DNA of 64,000 bases from a virus (Duplodnaviria; Caudoviricetes). The stretch is from the IMG/VR virus record IMGVR_UViG_3300029288_005873, positions 160,001 through 224,000 of that record. One strand, 5' to 3'. This document shows positions 46,528 to 56,849 of the stretch, in pieces. A program made the position numbers and the translations under genes. Position 1 is the stretch's first letter. Each line of letters starts with the position of its first letter. Below the pieces are notes generated by a model. That model was not told where the DNA came from. It saw nothing but the letters and a program-made list of their open reading frames with translations, and did no database searches.

Positions 46528-46980
46528 TTATTCCTCAGGAACTTTGACTTTTACCAGCTCGGAACGAGCACATGCAATGGCATTCGCCACTTCTTTCTCG
46601 ATAAACGTCTCGTCGTACCGCGCAGAAAACTCTTTACGGTATGACTCCGTCCCGTCCTCAGCAGCTTTCCGATCCCGCATTGTTCCAACCACGCTTTTGA
46701 GAACCACCATACATTTGTCTAGGTACTCGACCGCATCCTCAAGCATGAAATACTCAGCAGTCAGCATCTCTTTCCGAGTTGGTTTGTCTGAGAATGGCCA
46801 ACAAGGCGCATACTCAGGATGTTTCTTTTCACATTCCCTGGCGCAGATGGGACAAGGGTGTTCCCAAAAACCGTTTTCATCCAGTTCCCCACTACCAAAT
46901 GTCAGACCATCATGGATCCCAGTGGACACACTACAATTCGGATTACCACAATGTGGCATTTTCCGTTCCTTGTTTTCCAT
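46528..46980 (-). CDS. hypothetical Zn-binding protein
   Basis: CGNPNC...CPIC; RBS AGGAG. Confidence 0.55.
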   Translation of the reverse strand: MENKERKMPHCGNPNCSVSTGIHDGLTFGSGELDENGFWEHPCPICARECEKKHPEYAPCWPFSDKPTRKEMLTAEYFMLEDAVEYLDKCMVVLKSVVGTMRDRKAAEDGTESYRKEFSARYDETFIEKEVANAIACARSELVKVKVPEE

Positions 46981-47286
46981 GCCTATCTCCTGTGTTTGCC
47001 AGGATTGGGATTTCCCCAAGGACGGATCCCTTCTCCTGGACTTTTTTACTACACTAAGGTCCGCCGTCATTCGAACCCAACACGGCAATCAATACGGAGA
47101 CACCCTTGTCTAGACCGTGTTCCAGATAAGGGTCGCCCGTCGCTGCGGACGGATCACATTCCATCATGGCAAAGGTTGTGCTCGAGAGCCTTGACTCAAT
47201 GCCTAGTTTGTCTCTCCATCACTGACCGACCTTGGGTATCAGTCGCAGCCAGCCAACACACCCCTGTTGGCTAGGATTAGAATTAG

Positions 47287-47605
47287 TGAGCCCAGCAGGA
47301 TTCGAACCTGCGACCAACTGGTTAACCTGCCACACTTGCTTTCACAAGCCAACTTTTCGGAGTTGTTGTGGTCTGGACCATATCTTCACCCTCAACATTA
47401 CTTGGTCGGGTGTTCTGCTCATGGCCTCTGAGGACTCCCAAAATATTCTGGGTTGCCTGCGGATTATCCAATCTTTAACATTTTTACTCATAGTGAGTAG
47501 TTAAAGCTCTAAGGACGTTCCCGCATATCGCAGAATTCATTTCATATATTACTATATGAACGCTCCAATCGAAGCCAGTTGCTCTGCCAACTGAGCTATG
47601 GGCCC
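47287..47605 (-). tRNA. tRNA-Lys(TTT) split by a group I intron
   Basis: Exon 1 47572-47605 ends ACTGGCTT; exon 2 47287-47325 starts TTAACCAGT; spliced loop CT-TTT-AA. Confidence 0.9.
47326..47571 (-). mobile_element. group I intron (246 nt, no ORF)
   Basis: P1 GCTT/GAGC with U.G; P ATATGCGGGAA, Q AATCCGCAG, R TCAGAGGCCA, S AAGATATGGTCC; terminal G. Confidence 0.9.
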
Positions 47606-48623
47606 GAATGCGACAGCACAGACAAGCTGTAACTGTCGCCCGCAAGAGTCAGGAAGGCTCCGATCTTGCCGTCACACTTGCCATCAAGAACATCATGTGT
47701 TCTTGTGCCTCCTGGATCGTGTGACCTTTCCGGAACTTATTTATAGTCGGCTTTCGGAGAGAACACTGGCAAACTTCACGCCCCTAACCGACTGATCCAC
47801 ATTTCGGAAAACTGAACTTGCGACACAACATTGTGCGGGATTCTCTTAGCCTTTCTCTACGGACCTCGTCGCCATCCGCATCTCAGCTTTTCGAGAACGA
47901 TGTTCATTTCTTCATGGAGAACTCTCGCCTCGGAATAGCTTCGACACTTCTTCGCTTCTCTCAAGAGTTTATGTGCGTAATCCGCCCACTTACTCATTAG
48001 CCTTTGTCCTCCCCGTGTTTTAACCGTTACGGACTTCTTTCACTCGACGAATGAACTCTTCTACGTCGTCTTTGTGAATACGAATACTATGGTAGTCACC
48101 TTCAATACCCCATAGAAATCGAAGCCCCTTACCTAGAAAAGGATCGTTATCGGGGTAGAGGTAATGACTAGCATATTGACACTGCATACCTAGTTGCTGT
48201 CTGGCAACATCCCCGAAATTAACATATTCATCCTTCATGTTTGCGGTATCCATGGTTCACTCCCTGTATCAAAATGGGGGGATCGTCTACTCCACCACTT
48301 CGATCACATTGAACCTTCCGATCCTGATGTAGACGTCAGGGGGTCTCTTCAACTTTTCCGCATTGTCAAACCAAACCCCTTTGCCTGTCTCGCTGAGCCC
48401 ATTTGACCAAACCGTTGGCCAAGAGAACAGCTCGGTTGCCCTTTTCAGTTTTTCGTAGAACCAAGAATATTCTGGAGCCAGCTCTCCGTGTGCGCTGATT
48501 GCCTTGATAACATCAGCCTTCGACGGCAAGTCGTTGAAGTAAAAAGAATCGTCAACATTGCTGCTGTCCAGTACCATGTGGATACGAAAAACATGTTTCA
48601 TTTCTCTATCTTCTTATGGGTTT

Positions 48624-48648
48624 TGGTGCTCCTAGCCGGATTCGAACC
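48624..48648 (-). pseudogene. 3' tRNA remnant (T loop, acceptor 3' strand, CCA)
   Basis: GGTTCGAATCCGGCTAGGAGCACCA with no 5' half. Confidence 0.6.
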
Positions 48649-48738
48649 CACAGAATAGATTTATTATCCATTTCTATCAATAAATTCACATAAGATCGTA
48701 AGCATACTTTATCCAACAGGGGATCGAAAGGAGCAACA

Positions 48739-49524
48739 ATGAGAAATCTAGACAAGAAACCGAAGTGGTATCTACCACAGTTGCCCTTACTTGTAAAAGA
48801 AAGTTATAATCTATCACAAGTAATAGACAAATTGGGTTTCTCTAAGTCCGGAGATATGTATAAAACAATTCAACAATACATATCCCAACTAAATATTGAC
48901 ACTTCTCATTGGAGACGTTTTTACCATAGTCATCGCCATGTTCCAAATCCGTGTGATAAAGAAGTATTTATTCTTAACAGCGATTGGTCTAACCGTTTCA
49001 TAAGATTAAGAATTATTAAAAAAGGCATTATGCCATATTTATGTGCTCAATGCGGCATCTCAACTTGGAACGGTTCAAACCTTTCACTTCAGCTTGATCA
49101 CATTAATGGAAACAATCGCGACAACCGTCTAGAAAATCTTCGTCTACTCTGCCCAAATTGTCATTCGCAAACAGAAAATTGGGGCAAGAAACGAAAAACA
49201 AACAAAGAATCACCAATGTCTCTTTTGGTTCCGTTATCCGACGAACCAAAAAATCTGTTCTGCCTGGACTGCGGCTCAAAAGTATCTCCTGGTTCCTTTA
49301 GATGTTTGGATTGTTCGAACAAATACAACCAATTAACTAAGCCGTCACCTACAAAAATCGTCTGGCCGCCTTTGGACGAACTTGTTGTTATGGTGGAGAA
49401 ATCGTCCTATTTAGCTGTAGGAAAACAACTAGGAGTTAGCGACAACTGTGTTCGTAAACATATCAAAAAAAGACTAGGGACTTTGCCTGAAACAAAGTTC
49501 TCACACAGTAATGTCTCTAACTGA
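48739..49524 (+). mobile_element. HNH homing endonuclease
   Basis: LQLDHINGNNRDNRLENLRLLCPNCHSQT; C-terminal Zn finger and HTH; opposite strand, AT-rich. Confidence 0.85.
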
Positions 49525-50030
49525 CTAATTCTTTATATTACGTTGTACAGCATCGCATGAATCTCATCCCCCAACCTTCCCCCAAGGCAAGGTATAGTTC
49601 CACGATCAGCACCATCTGATTCTGTGGCGTCCAAAACATTCCATGCCACATGTTCAGGAACTTCAACCTTCATGGGGAAACTACCATCAGGGTCTTCAAT
49701 ACAATCCAGAAGCAGTTGCGCGGAGTCGTACCTCCCAGCAATCCACCTGAGAGAATCCAACTCCCCTTCATTCTCTACGGTGAATCGGTATCGGTACATG
49801 TCCCCTCCATTGCCGTTGCAGCAGCAACCAGCTCATCTTCCATCTTACCGATCTCATTGAAGATTTCGACGTACGACGAAGCTTCGACCTCATGCTCCTC
49901 GATCGTATTTCCATCGACGCCGACAACCTGAAGGGTTCGACCATCGCACACGATCTCCACACCAAGAGACGGAACTGGGCGCTTGAGAACCATGACATCC
50001 TCCGCCGACCAAAAGGTCGATTGTCCACAG

Positions 50031-50061
50031 GAAAAAACATCCGCGGAATTTTTTCGCTGCA
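50031..50061. repeat. dispersed palindromic element, copy 3
   Basis: GAAAAAACATCCGCGGAATTTTTTCGCTGCA. Confidence 0.75.
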
Positions 50062-50071
50062 AAAGATCTTT

Positions 50072-50656
50072 TCAAGCTCCTGGTCGCTCCTCTGGTTCAA
50101 TTCTACGCGAAACCTGCTCCCATGAGCGTTCTAGAGCCGTATGCCGATGTCCGATGAATACGGGATCTCGACCGCATGCATCAGATAGACTGCGAATTAG
50201 GCACCAGAACTCCACATCAAACGATGGTGGGGTCCAAGGTGACGACAAGCATACAAAAACGTCGTGGAACGCCGCCCCCTTAAGCTCATCGTCAGAGCAG
50301 TCATACGACTTTACACGCGAGGGAAGGAATGTGCGCCACGAACCACAGCACAGTCCAAACCATGATTCGTTATCCGTGTGGGAATCTTTATGGATAATGC
50401 CCAACATCCTCTCTGGTTCGACAATCGAGAGAATGTCAGCATGGCATTCCGCAACCCAGAGACGCGCCTCCGATCCACTTGGTTTGAGCTTGAGTAGCAA
50501 CTCAAGTCGTCTGCTCCAATTTGGATTAAGATGTCTTTCCGATCCTCGGGACATTTTATTATGTGGATGTGAACACCATCCACAGCATCCATGTTGACCA
50601 ACAGAACAGTCCCCAGTGACCCAGTCCCAATCTATCGACAGAAGGACGGACGACAT
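50072..50656 (-). CDS. arginase/deacetylase-fold (UPF0489-like) protein
   Basis: LLSIDWDW, ECHAD, DSHTD, VCLSSPWTPP. Confidence 0.5.
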   Translation of the reverse strand: MSSVLLSIDWDWVTGDCSVGQHGCCGWCSHPHNKMSRGSERHLNPNWSRRLELLLKLKPSGSEARLWVAECHADILSIVEPERMLGIIHKDSHTDNESWFGLCCGSWRTFLPSRVKSYDCSDDELKGAAFHDVFVCLSSPWTPPSFDVEFWCLIRSLSDACGRDPVFIGHRHTALERSWEQVSRRIEPEERPGA

Positions 50657-50665
50657 GTTGATCTC

Positions 50666-51194
50666 CTATTTCACGATTACCGCATACATGCGGTCCCACA
50701 CCTGCTCCAAGAGGGGGATTCTTTCCTCAGACCATGTGCTTGCCAGAATTACACGAGGGAGTTCGTAGGTCTCCTTCATAGCCATTGTTATTACTTCTCC
50801 GAGCGCATTTCCTCCGCTGACGATATCGTCGATTACTGCATATGGAGTGCTGACGAAGAAGCCTCCGCAATGCTTCCTTGGTTTATAGCCGTCTTTTGGC
50901 ACAAAAGCCTTCCGAACATAGGGATACCGCAAAAGCCATCTGCGCGCCACTGAGGACCTGTCCGCATACGGACTTTATACCAATGGTCTGCAGCCAATCG
51001 GCAACCGCCATATACGCAGAAATCCTTCCAGATCCAGCCATCCTAGGCACCCCGAGATTACGGTCCCAGCAGTAGCTCTTTCTGTAGCCGTCCTGTCCAT
51101 ATGCTGGGACAATGTTGACCTTGCCATCATCCCAGGACCAGGATGTGCCGTTCTCATCGTTTACTTTCCTGAGTTTTTTTGCCGCTGCGTCCAA
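50666..51194 (-). pseudogene. type I phosphoribosyltransferase-like gene split by a frameshift
   Basis: Frame 1 VCGQVLSGAQMAFAVSL; frame 2 AFVPK...YAVIDDIVSGG (PRPP loop). Confidence 0.5.
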
Positions 51195-52067
51195 TGATTA
51201 AGTTGTCATCAATATCCGCAACGGATCTCGTGACTTCCGCAACTGCGAGGTCGGCAAACACACAACCATCTCTCACAATCATCATTTATCCCTCATCACG
51301 TAGACTCCGGGCTGTATCTGATCCATGCCTTCGAGCTCTGGACCGAATTCAGGAAAACCCTCGGCAAGGTCCAACGCAAGCAGACGCCAAGGGCTGGAGT
51401 TCTCGATCTTCGCCCTTTCCATGTATTCAGCATACAGACTGCCACCTTCGTCATGAGTTCCAATCAGGTTGGAATACTTCTTCGCCACCACATTCACTAC
51501 CTTCGAGAACTCTGAATCTTCTTTGCGCCTGTCGTCAACATCCCACTTATGGAGCCTCGCAAGAAGGAGCATTGTTCCAATGAACGTCTCGATCTTGCTA
51601 TCGTCCCAGTATTTGTGCCTGACACTGACGACGCCAGCATCATCCTCCGATGAGATCCAGCACTCGAACTGTTCGGAAAAGCCCGAGACTCCACGATCCC
51701 GGTTGTCGTTCCAGAAATACCCATCGTCAAGCAGAGAGCAAATCCGTTGAACGATGCGCATAGCCACGTCTATGGAATGTCTTTCGTTCTGGATATCCTT
51801 TAGGATCAGGTCGCAGATCGGTCCACGCCTGTCCAGACGATTTGTTGAGAGCTGGTAGACAATCAGCCCCTTGATAAGGTCGATCCTCATTTTGCCTCCA
51901 TGCTCTTGAGCAAAGCCAACTGCTGATCGCTAAGTAGACACAGTAGTAGGCTGGTGGACAGTTTTCCGATCTCTTTGAATATCCTTTTGTACTCCGCCTC
52001 GTCGCCCCCGGATCGGCCTTTCGCCAGCATATCGATGATGGCTTCGCGCCTATTCACAGTGGCTCCT

Positions 52068-52445
52068 TTATTTAGTGGTTGAGAGAAGATCTTCAAGTTC
52101 CTTTGCCACACTTCTGTCGATGTCGAATTGCCACCTTTTTACGATCGTACCTTCTGGCGCATGTGTCATAAGATCCTGCGCCATCCATTTCGCCCTGTCG
52201 CCATTCATGCTGTGTACGTTTACTACCTTTGGGAACACGCTATTGGCAATCATCCACTTGACCACATCCATTCCCGTAATCTCACACGGGTATGGACTCT
52301 GGCGGAAATCTTTGAGGTCATGGTCGAGCGAAATCGCCTCCACCTCACCCGTGGACAAGAGCGCAATTGCCTCATCAGCCGTGCGAACAACCGTCCATCC
52401 AGACGTTGGATCACGGCAGTCCTGGTCATCAAGCCACACAAGCAT
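52068..52445 (-). CDS. cyclic-phosphate-processing receiver (REC) domain protein
   Basis: VWLDD...GWTVVRT..EAI...ISLDHDL...TG.DV..W...VHSMN. Confidence 0.75.
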   Translation of the reverse strand: MLVWLDDQDCRDPTSGWTVVRTADEAIALLSTGEVEAISLDHDLKDFRQSPYPCEITGMDVVKWMIANSVFPKVVNVHSMNGDRAKWMAQDLMTHAPEGTIVKRWQFDIDRSVAKELEDLLSTTK

Positions 52446-52692
52446 GTTATCCTCCTACACAGGCTTTACAGCTAGCCTGAAATGTTTCCCGATGAACGCT
52501 GGCCATATGACAAGACGTTCCCTTGGAACCAGAATCAGACCTCCGTTCCGTCCTTCGATCTCATGATGCGCCCAGTCCCATCCTTGCGGTAAGCTACCTC
52601 CCCGCTTGACCACCATAAACCTGAATGCGCCCATGAACACGGCGGCATTCAAGAAGGCGAATACCTTAGCAATCCTCAGCATGTAGCCTCCT

Positions 52693-54909
52693 TTAGGCTG
52701 GCTGCCGTTTCTTGATGGTCTTTACAGCTGAAATGACGAGATCGTCGCCACCCACACGAACGAATATCTTCCCGCCAGAGAATTCCTTTCCAGATAGGAC
52801 CATGGCAGCCACTGGTTGGGTTATTCGTTCCCTCACGAGGCGGTCCATTGGTCTTGCTCCGTATACTTCATCGTATCCGTGTTCTGCAAGCCACTCTCTT
52901 GCTTGATCAGACGCCTCGAGACTAAGCCCTCTATCAGCCAGTTGCGAATTCAGCTGGCTGATAAACTTGTCCGCAACCATCAGCATAATACTAGGAGACA
53001 GGCGATTGAACTTGACGATCCCGTCTAGCCTATTGCGGAACTCAGGAGAGAAGGCTCTCAGGTATGAATCACCTTTCGGCTCCTCCACTTTACCACCGAA
53101 TCCAGGCACTCGTCTTGACTTTTCTCCAGCGCCGACATTCGTCGTCATGAGGACGATCGCATGTCTGAAGTCAGCACGGAGACCCGACGCCCCAGTCATA
53201 GAACCATAGTCCATCACCTGAAGAAGCAGGTTGAACACGTCAGGGTGCGCCTTCTCGATCTCGTCGAATAGAACTACGGAATGTGGACTCTCACGCAGAG
53301 CGTTTACCAGAATGCCCTGCTGCTCGAACCCTACATATCCTGGAGGGGCTCCCACAAGTCGAGACACGGAATGCTGCTCCATGTACTCACTCATGTCGAT
53401 TCTTACAAGCCTCATCCCCAATGCGGAAGCGATCTGCTTCGCAAGCTCCGTTTTTCCCACTCCAGTGGGTCCATCAAGTAGGAATGAGCAGATTGGACGC
53501 TCTTTCGGAGAGAGCCCAACAGCAGATGCTAGAATGGCTGCGGACACCTTGTCTATGGCTTCATCCTGTCCGAAGATCTCCTTGCGCAATGTATCAGGAA
53601 GACTACGCACAGAATCGGACTTTGACAGCCTCCTGACCTGTACGTTCGCCATAGCGGATACCGTGTCCTCAATATCAGACTCACTCACGACATCCTTTTT
53701 TGCTAGCCTGACCTTTGCCCCAGCCTCGTCGATCACATCTACGGCACTTCCGGGCAGCTTTCTTTCGCGCATGTGCTGACCGGCAAGCTCGACCGCAACC
53801 TCTAGCGCTTTCTTATCGTACTTTATCCCATGATGCCATTCGTACTTTGTAGCCAAAGCCTCTAGTATTAGGACAGAAACCTCCGCCGAAGGCTCGACAA
53901 GGTTTACTGTCTGGAATCTACGCGCTAGAGCTGTATCTTTCTCTATGCGTTTACGGTACTCGTCATTCGTTGTGGTACCAATACAGCGTAATTCGCCTGA
54001 CGCAAGTGCAGGCTTCATGATGTTCGACATATCTAGCCCACCTTCAGATGTTCCTCCAGCACCCATGATAGTGTGGACCTCATCCATGAAAAGGATGATG
54101 TTTCTACCCTTAACCTCCTCCAGTATCTTCTTCATCCTTTCCTCGAACTCACCACGATATCTTGTGCCTGCGACAACAGACCCTATGTTCAGGCTGATGA
54201 CTTTTGTTCTCGATAGGAATTCTGGCACATTCCCAGACTCTATGCGGAGGGCAAGACCCTCAACTATCGCTGTCTTTCCCACGCCAGACTCCCCAATGAG
54301 AATGGGGTTATTTTTCCTGCGTCGAGCAAGGATATGTATGACTCTGTCCACCTCGGTGTCCCTGCCTACGAATGGATCGATCTTTCCGCGCCGCGCCAGT
54401 ACGTTGAGGTCTGTCGAAAATTCGGACAAGGCAGTGACCACTGGCGCAAAAATTGGATCAACCGCTGGTGGCGGCGATGGAGGCTCGGGCAGAGGAACCT
54501 CTTTCTTTTCCACAGCGGTTTGCGGACTGGTCTCCATCCCGAATTTGCTTGGGGAAATCCCAGACTTCTTCAAGATGAAGCCGAACTCGTAATCCATGGC
54601 AAGGGCAGTCATAAACTCCTTTATTCCAGCATCCCCACTGATGTCGACGGAGAGTGACATGCTCTTGATTTTGACGCTAAGAGTTGCGCGGACAGGACCT
54701 TTCGTCAGCACAGGTGATCTTTTGGAAATCCGCTCCTCGGTTACCTTTAGGATGGCATCGGTATCGCATCCATATCCAGCAAGGAATGCTTTGCCATCTT
54801 TGTTGCGCACCATTGCGCACAGGAGATTGTCGATGTTGGCTATTCTAAACCTTCTTTTGGCTGCATCCTTAATTGCGGCATCCAGGATGGTTTTCAGTTC
54901 GGACTTCAT
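52693..54909 (-). CDS. clpA: ClpA-like AAA+ unfoldase
   Basis: Two Walker A motifs (GESGVGKT, GPTGVGKT), RIDMSEYME, GAPPGYVG, YGARP; no ClpB coiled coil; PGF loop. Confidence 0.9.
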   Translation of the reverse strand: MKSELKTILDAAIKDAAKRRFRIANIDNLLCAMVRNKDGKAFLAGYGCDTDAILKVTEERISKRSPVLTKGPVRATLSVKIKSMSLSVDISGDAGIKEFMTALAMDYEFGFILKKSGISPSKFGMETSPQTAVEKKEVPLPEPPSPPPAVDPIFAPVVTALSEFSTDLNVLARRGKIDPFVGRDTEVDRVIHILARRRKNNPILIGESGVGKTAIVEGLALRIESGNVPEFLSRTKVISLNIGSVVAGTRYRGEFEERMKKILEEVKGRNIILFMDEVHTIMGAGGTSEGGLDMSNIMKPALASGELRCIGTTTNDEYRKRIEKDTALARRFQTVNLVEPSAEVSVLILEALATKYEWHHGIKYDKKALEVAVELAGQHMRERKLPGSAVDVIDEAGAKVRLAKKDVVSESDIEDTVSAMANVQVRRLSKSDSVRSLPDTLRKEIFGQDEAIDKVSAAILASAVGLSPKERPICSFLLDGPTGVGKTELAKQIASALGMRLVRIDMSEYMEQHSVSRLVGAPPGYVGFEQQGILVNALRESPHSVVLFDEIEKAHPDVFNLLLQVMDYGSMTGASGLRADFRHAIVLMTTNVGAGEKSRRVPGFGGKVEEPKGDSYLRAFSPEFRNRLDGIVKFNRLSPSIMLMVADKFISQLNSQLADRGLSLEASDQAREWLAEHGYDEVYGARPMDRLVRERITQPVAAMVLSGKEFSGGKIFVRVGGDDLVISAVKTIKKRQPA

Positions 54910-54949
54910 CCATCACCTCACTGGTTTTTTGACATTTAGCGACAAACTT

Positions 54950-55567
54950 TCAGGGCTCACATTTTGGGCAGTACTTGAACATCGGACCCATATGCGGATC
55001 GCGAAGCCTGCCACCGCATCTGGCGCACACAGTCGCCTCTGGCATTGTATTTGCTGCCTTAAGGGAAATCTCATCGATGGCAGCTTCGTTCATGCGGAAC
55101 AGTGTTCCGTCAAACAGCCACCCTGCTTCCTGACGATAGCATAGGTTCCCATGGTTCTCCAAATGCGCACCGCAATCCATGTCTCCGTTAGGCCAGTTGT
55201 TTTCAAAATCTCCGCCGCAGGAACATGGTAGGACTTTTCCTTTGTATCCATTATATTCGAAAATGTTTCCAGGAACTGGAACAGGATCAAGGGAACAACT
55301 CTCGACCTGTCGTTTGTCGTCCCCAGAGATAAACTCGAACATAGGAGCTACATTATTGTAATCTGCGTAGAACTGACCACCTGGGAAAGCTAGATCAAAT
55401 GACATAAGATTAGCCAGTTTTACATTGACGAAGGTTTTATTGCTTGTGACTACGTGAACCTCATCAACCCTGACAACATCTTTTATATTCCGTCTCGCTT
55501 CCCCAAGGTAGGAATGTTTTGAACCCTCAGGATTCAGCCTCACCATATCCCCAGACCACGGGATCAT
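54950..55567 (-). CDS. CPKCEP-tail family member 8
   Basis: MIPWSGDMVRLNP; same middle domain as member 1 (CGAHL...GWLFDGTL); ends CPKCEP*. Confidence 0.8.
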   Translation of the reverse strand: MIPWSGDMVRLNPEGSKHSYLGEARRNIKDVVRVDEVHVVTSNKTFVNVKLANLMSFDLAFPGGQFYADYNNVAPMFEFISGDDKRQVESCSLDPVPVPGNIFEYNGYKGKVLPCSCGGDFENNWPNGDMDCGAHLENHGNLCYRQEAGWLFDGTLFRMNEAAIDEISLKAANTMPEATVCARCGGRLRDPHMGPMFKYCPKCEP

Positions 55568-56145
55568 TTCACCACCTCTAGCGTATAGCTGGCGCGCACC
55601 GAGACTCGATTAATTTGACCACGGAAAACCATGTGCTCACCCATCTTACCCTTAGTCTCCATGTACTCTGATACAGTCATCTCGACCAGCCTGATTGTTC
55701 CATCATTCCTGACAGAAACGACAGATACCTTCACGAAGCTGTCATCAGCTACAGACTTCCCGTCTTCGCAGACGTCATCATATATCCCAGGAGAGGTTGA
55801 CTTCGGCCATTGGTCGTTCATGATTCACTCCTCAATTCTTTCCGAACAGGCTGCGATTGTCTATACCGTTTGCTAACTCAAACTCGGTACAGAGGTTGGA
55901 AAGCTCTTTGTATTTCTCCCACCCAACAACCTTTGCTCCCTTGGATATCCGTATCGGATCTTCGCTTCTTGCCGCCAATTTCTTGGCCGCTAGCCAGCCG
56001 TACGCTCCCGGGAGCAGAAAAATCCAAAGAAACACAAAACACAACCAAGATTCGCCCGATTCGCTCCAGGCAGCTTTCGATCGCAACATCCCAGCAGTGT
56101 ATCCAGCCCCCAAGGACCACACCAAAATTCCGACCAATATCCACG

Positions 56146-56757
56146 TCATCGGTCTTCTCCCTTGCTGTTTTTGCCGACCAGGTCCTTGATCGTGCTTTCC
56201 TTCAAGAATGCTACGGGATTTAACATCATTGTTGCGATCTCTTTGGAATTAGCTGATTCTACGATATCATAGATGTCGCTAATGGAAAAACCGAGGGTAA
56301 ATATGTCTTCAACTGTTTCTACCAAACACTCTGACACCGATCGCACGGTCTTGATGGGAATGTTCACCATCTCAATAGAAGCAAGCTTCTTTGACAGCAC
56401 AATTTCTGTTTGGCGAACTGCTGTTTCCCACCGAATGATGGAATCTACCTCTTCGACTCCAACGTGGTAATTATCACTGGCAACAAGCATATCAATGCCA
56501 ACCTTGATGGTTTTTCCACGCCAACATTCGGCTACTGGTTCCACATCGTACGAGTTACCTTCTTTGTGGACAACTAGCACTGGGACAGTTGTACCATCGA
56601 GGAACAACCCACCGTTTCGCCGAAATTTTCCGCACGCTTGGTCGGTTGGATCGTGCTCCAGTTGGTTCTTTATATCTCGCCCACAACGCCATCCCGGACG
56701 CCGTGAAAATAGACTTGATCCGAAGTAGACACATTCCGAACACATAGCATCAATCAT
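56146..56757 (-). CDS. hypothetical protein
   Basis: Start MIDAMC after RBS GAGGAG; the track start lies inside tRNA-Pro. Confidence 0.55.
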   Translation of the reverse strand: MIDAMCSECVYFGSSLFSRRPGWRCGRDIKNQLEHDPTDQACGKFRRNGGLFLDGTTVPVLVVHKEGNSYDVEPVAECWRGKTIKVGIDMLVASDNYHVGVEEVDSIIRWETAVRQTEIVLSKKLASIEMVNIPIKTVRSVSECLVETVEDIFTLGFSISDIYDIVESANSKEIATMMLNPVAFLKESTIKDLVGKNSKGEDR

Positions 56758-56771
56758 CTTGATCTCCTCAC

Positions 56772-56849
56772 TGGTCGGGGTAACTGGATTTGAACCAGCG
56801 ACCTCTCGGTCCCAGGCCGAGCGCTCTAACCAGGCTGAGCTACACCCCG
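56772..56849 (-). tRNA. tRNA-Pro(TGG)
   Basis: CGGGGTG/TACCCCG, CTCGG-CCTGGGA-CCGAG, A73, CCA. Confidence 0.9.

Noticed and set aside
52712-55144. Plus-strand ORFs here and throughout (except 13171 and 48739)
   Set aside because: They are antisense shadows of well-supported minus-strand genes, with no motifs or RBS.
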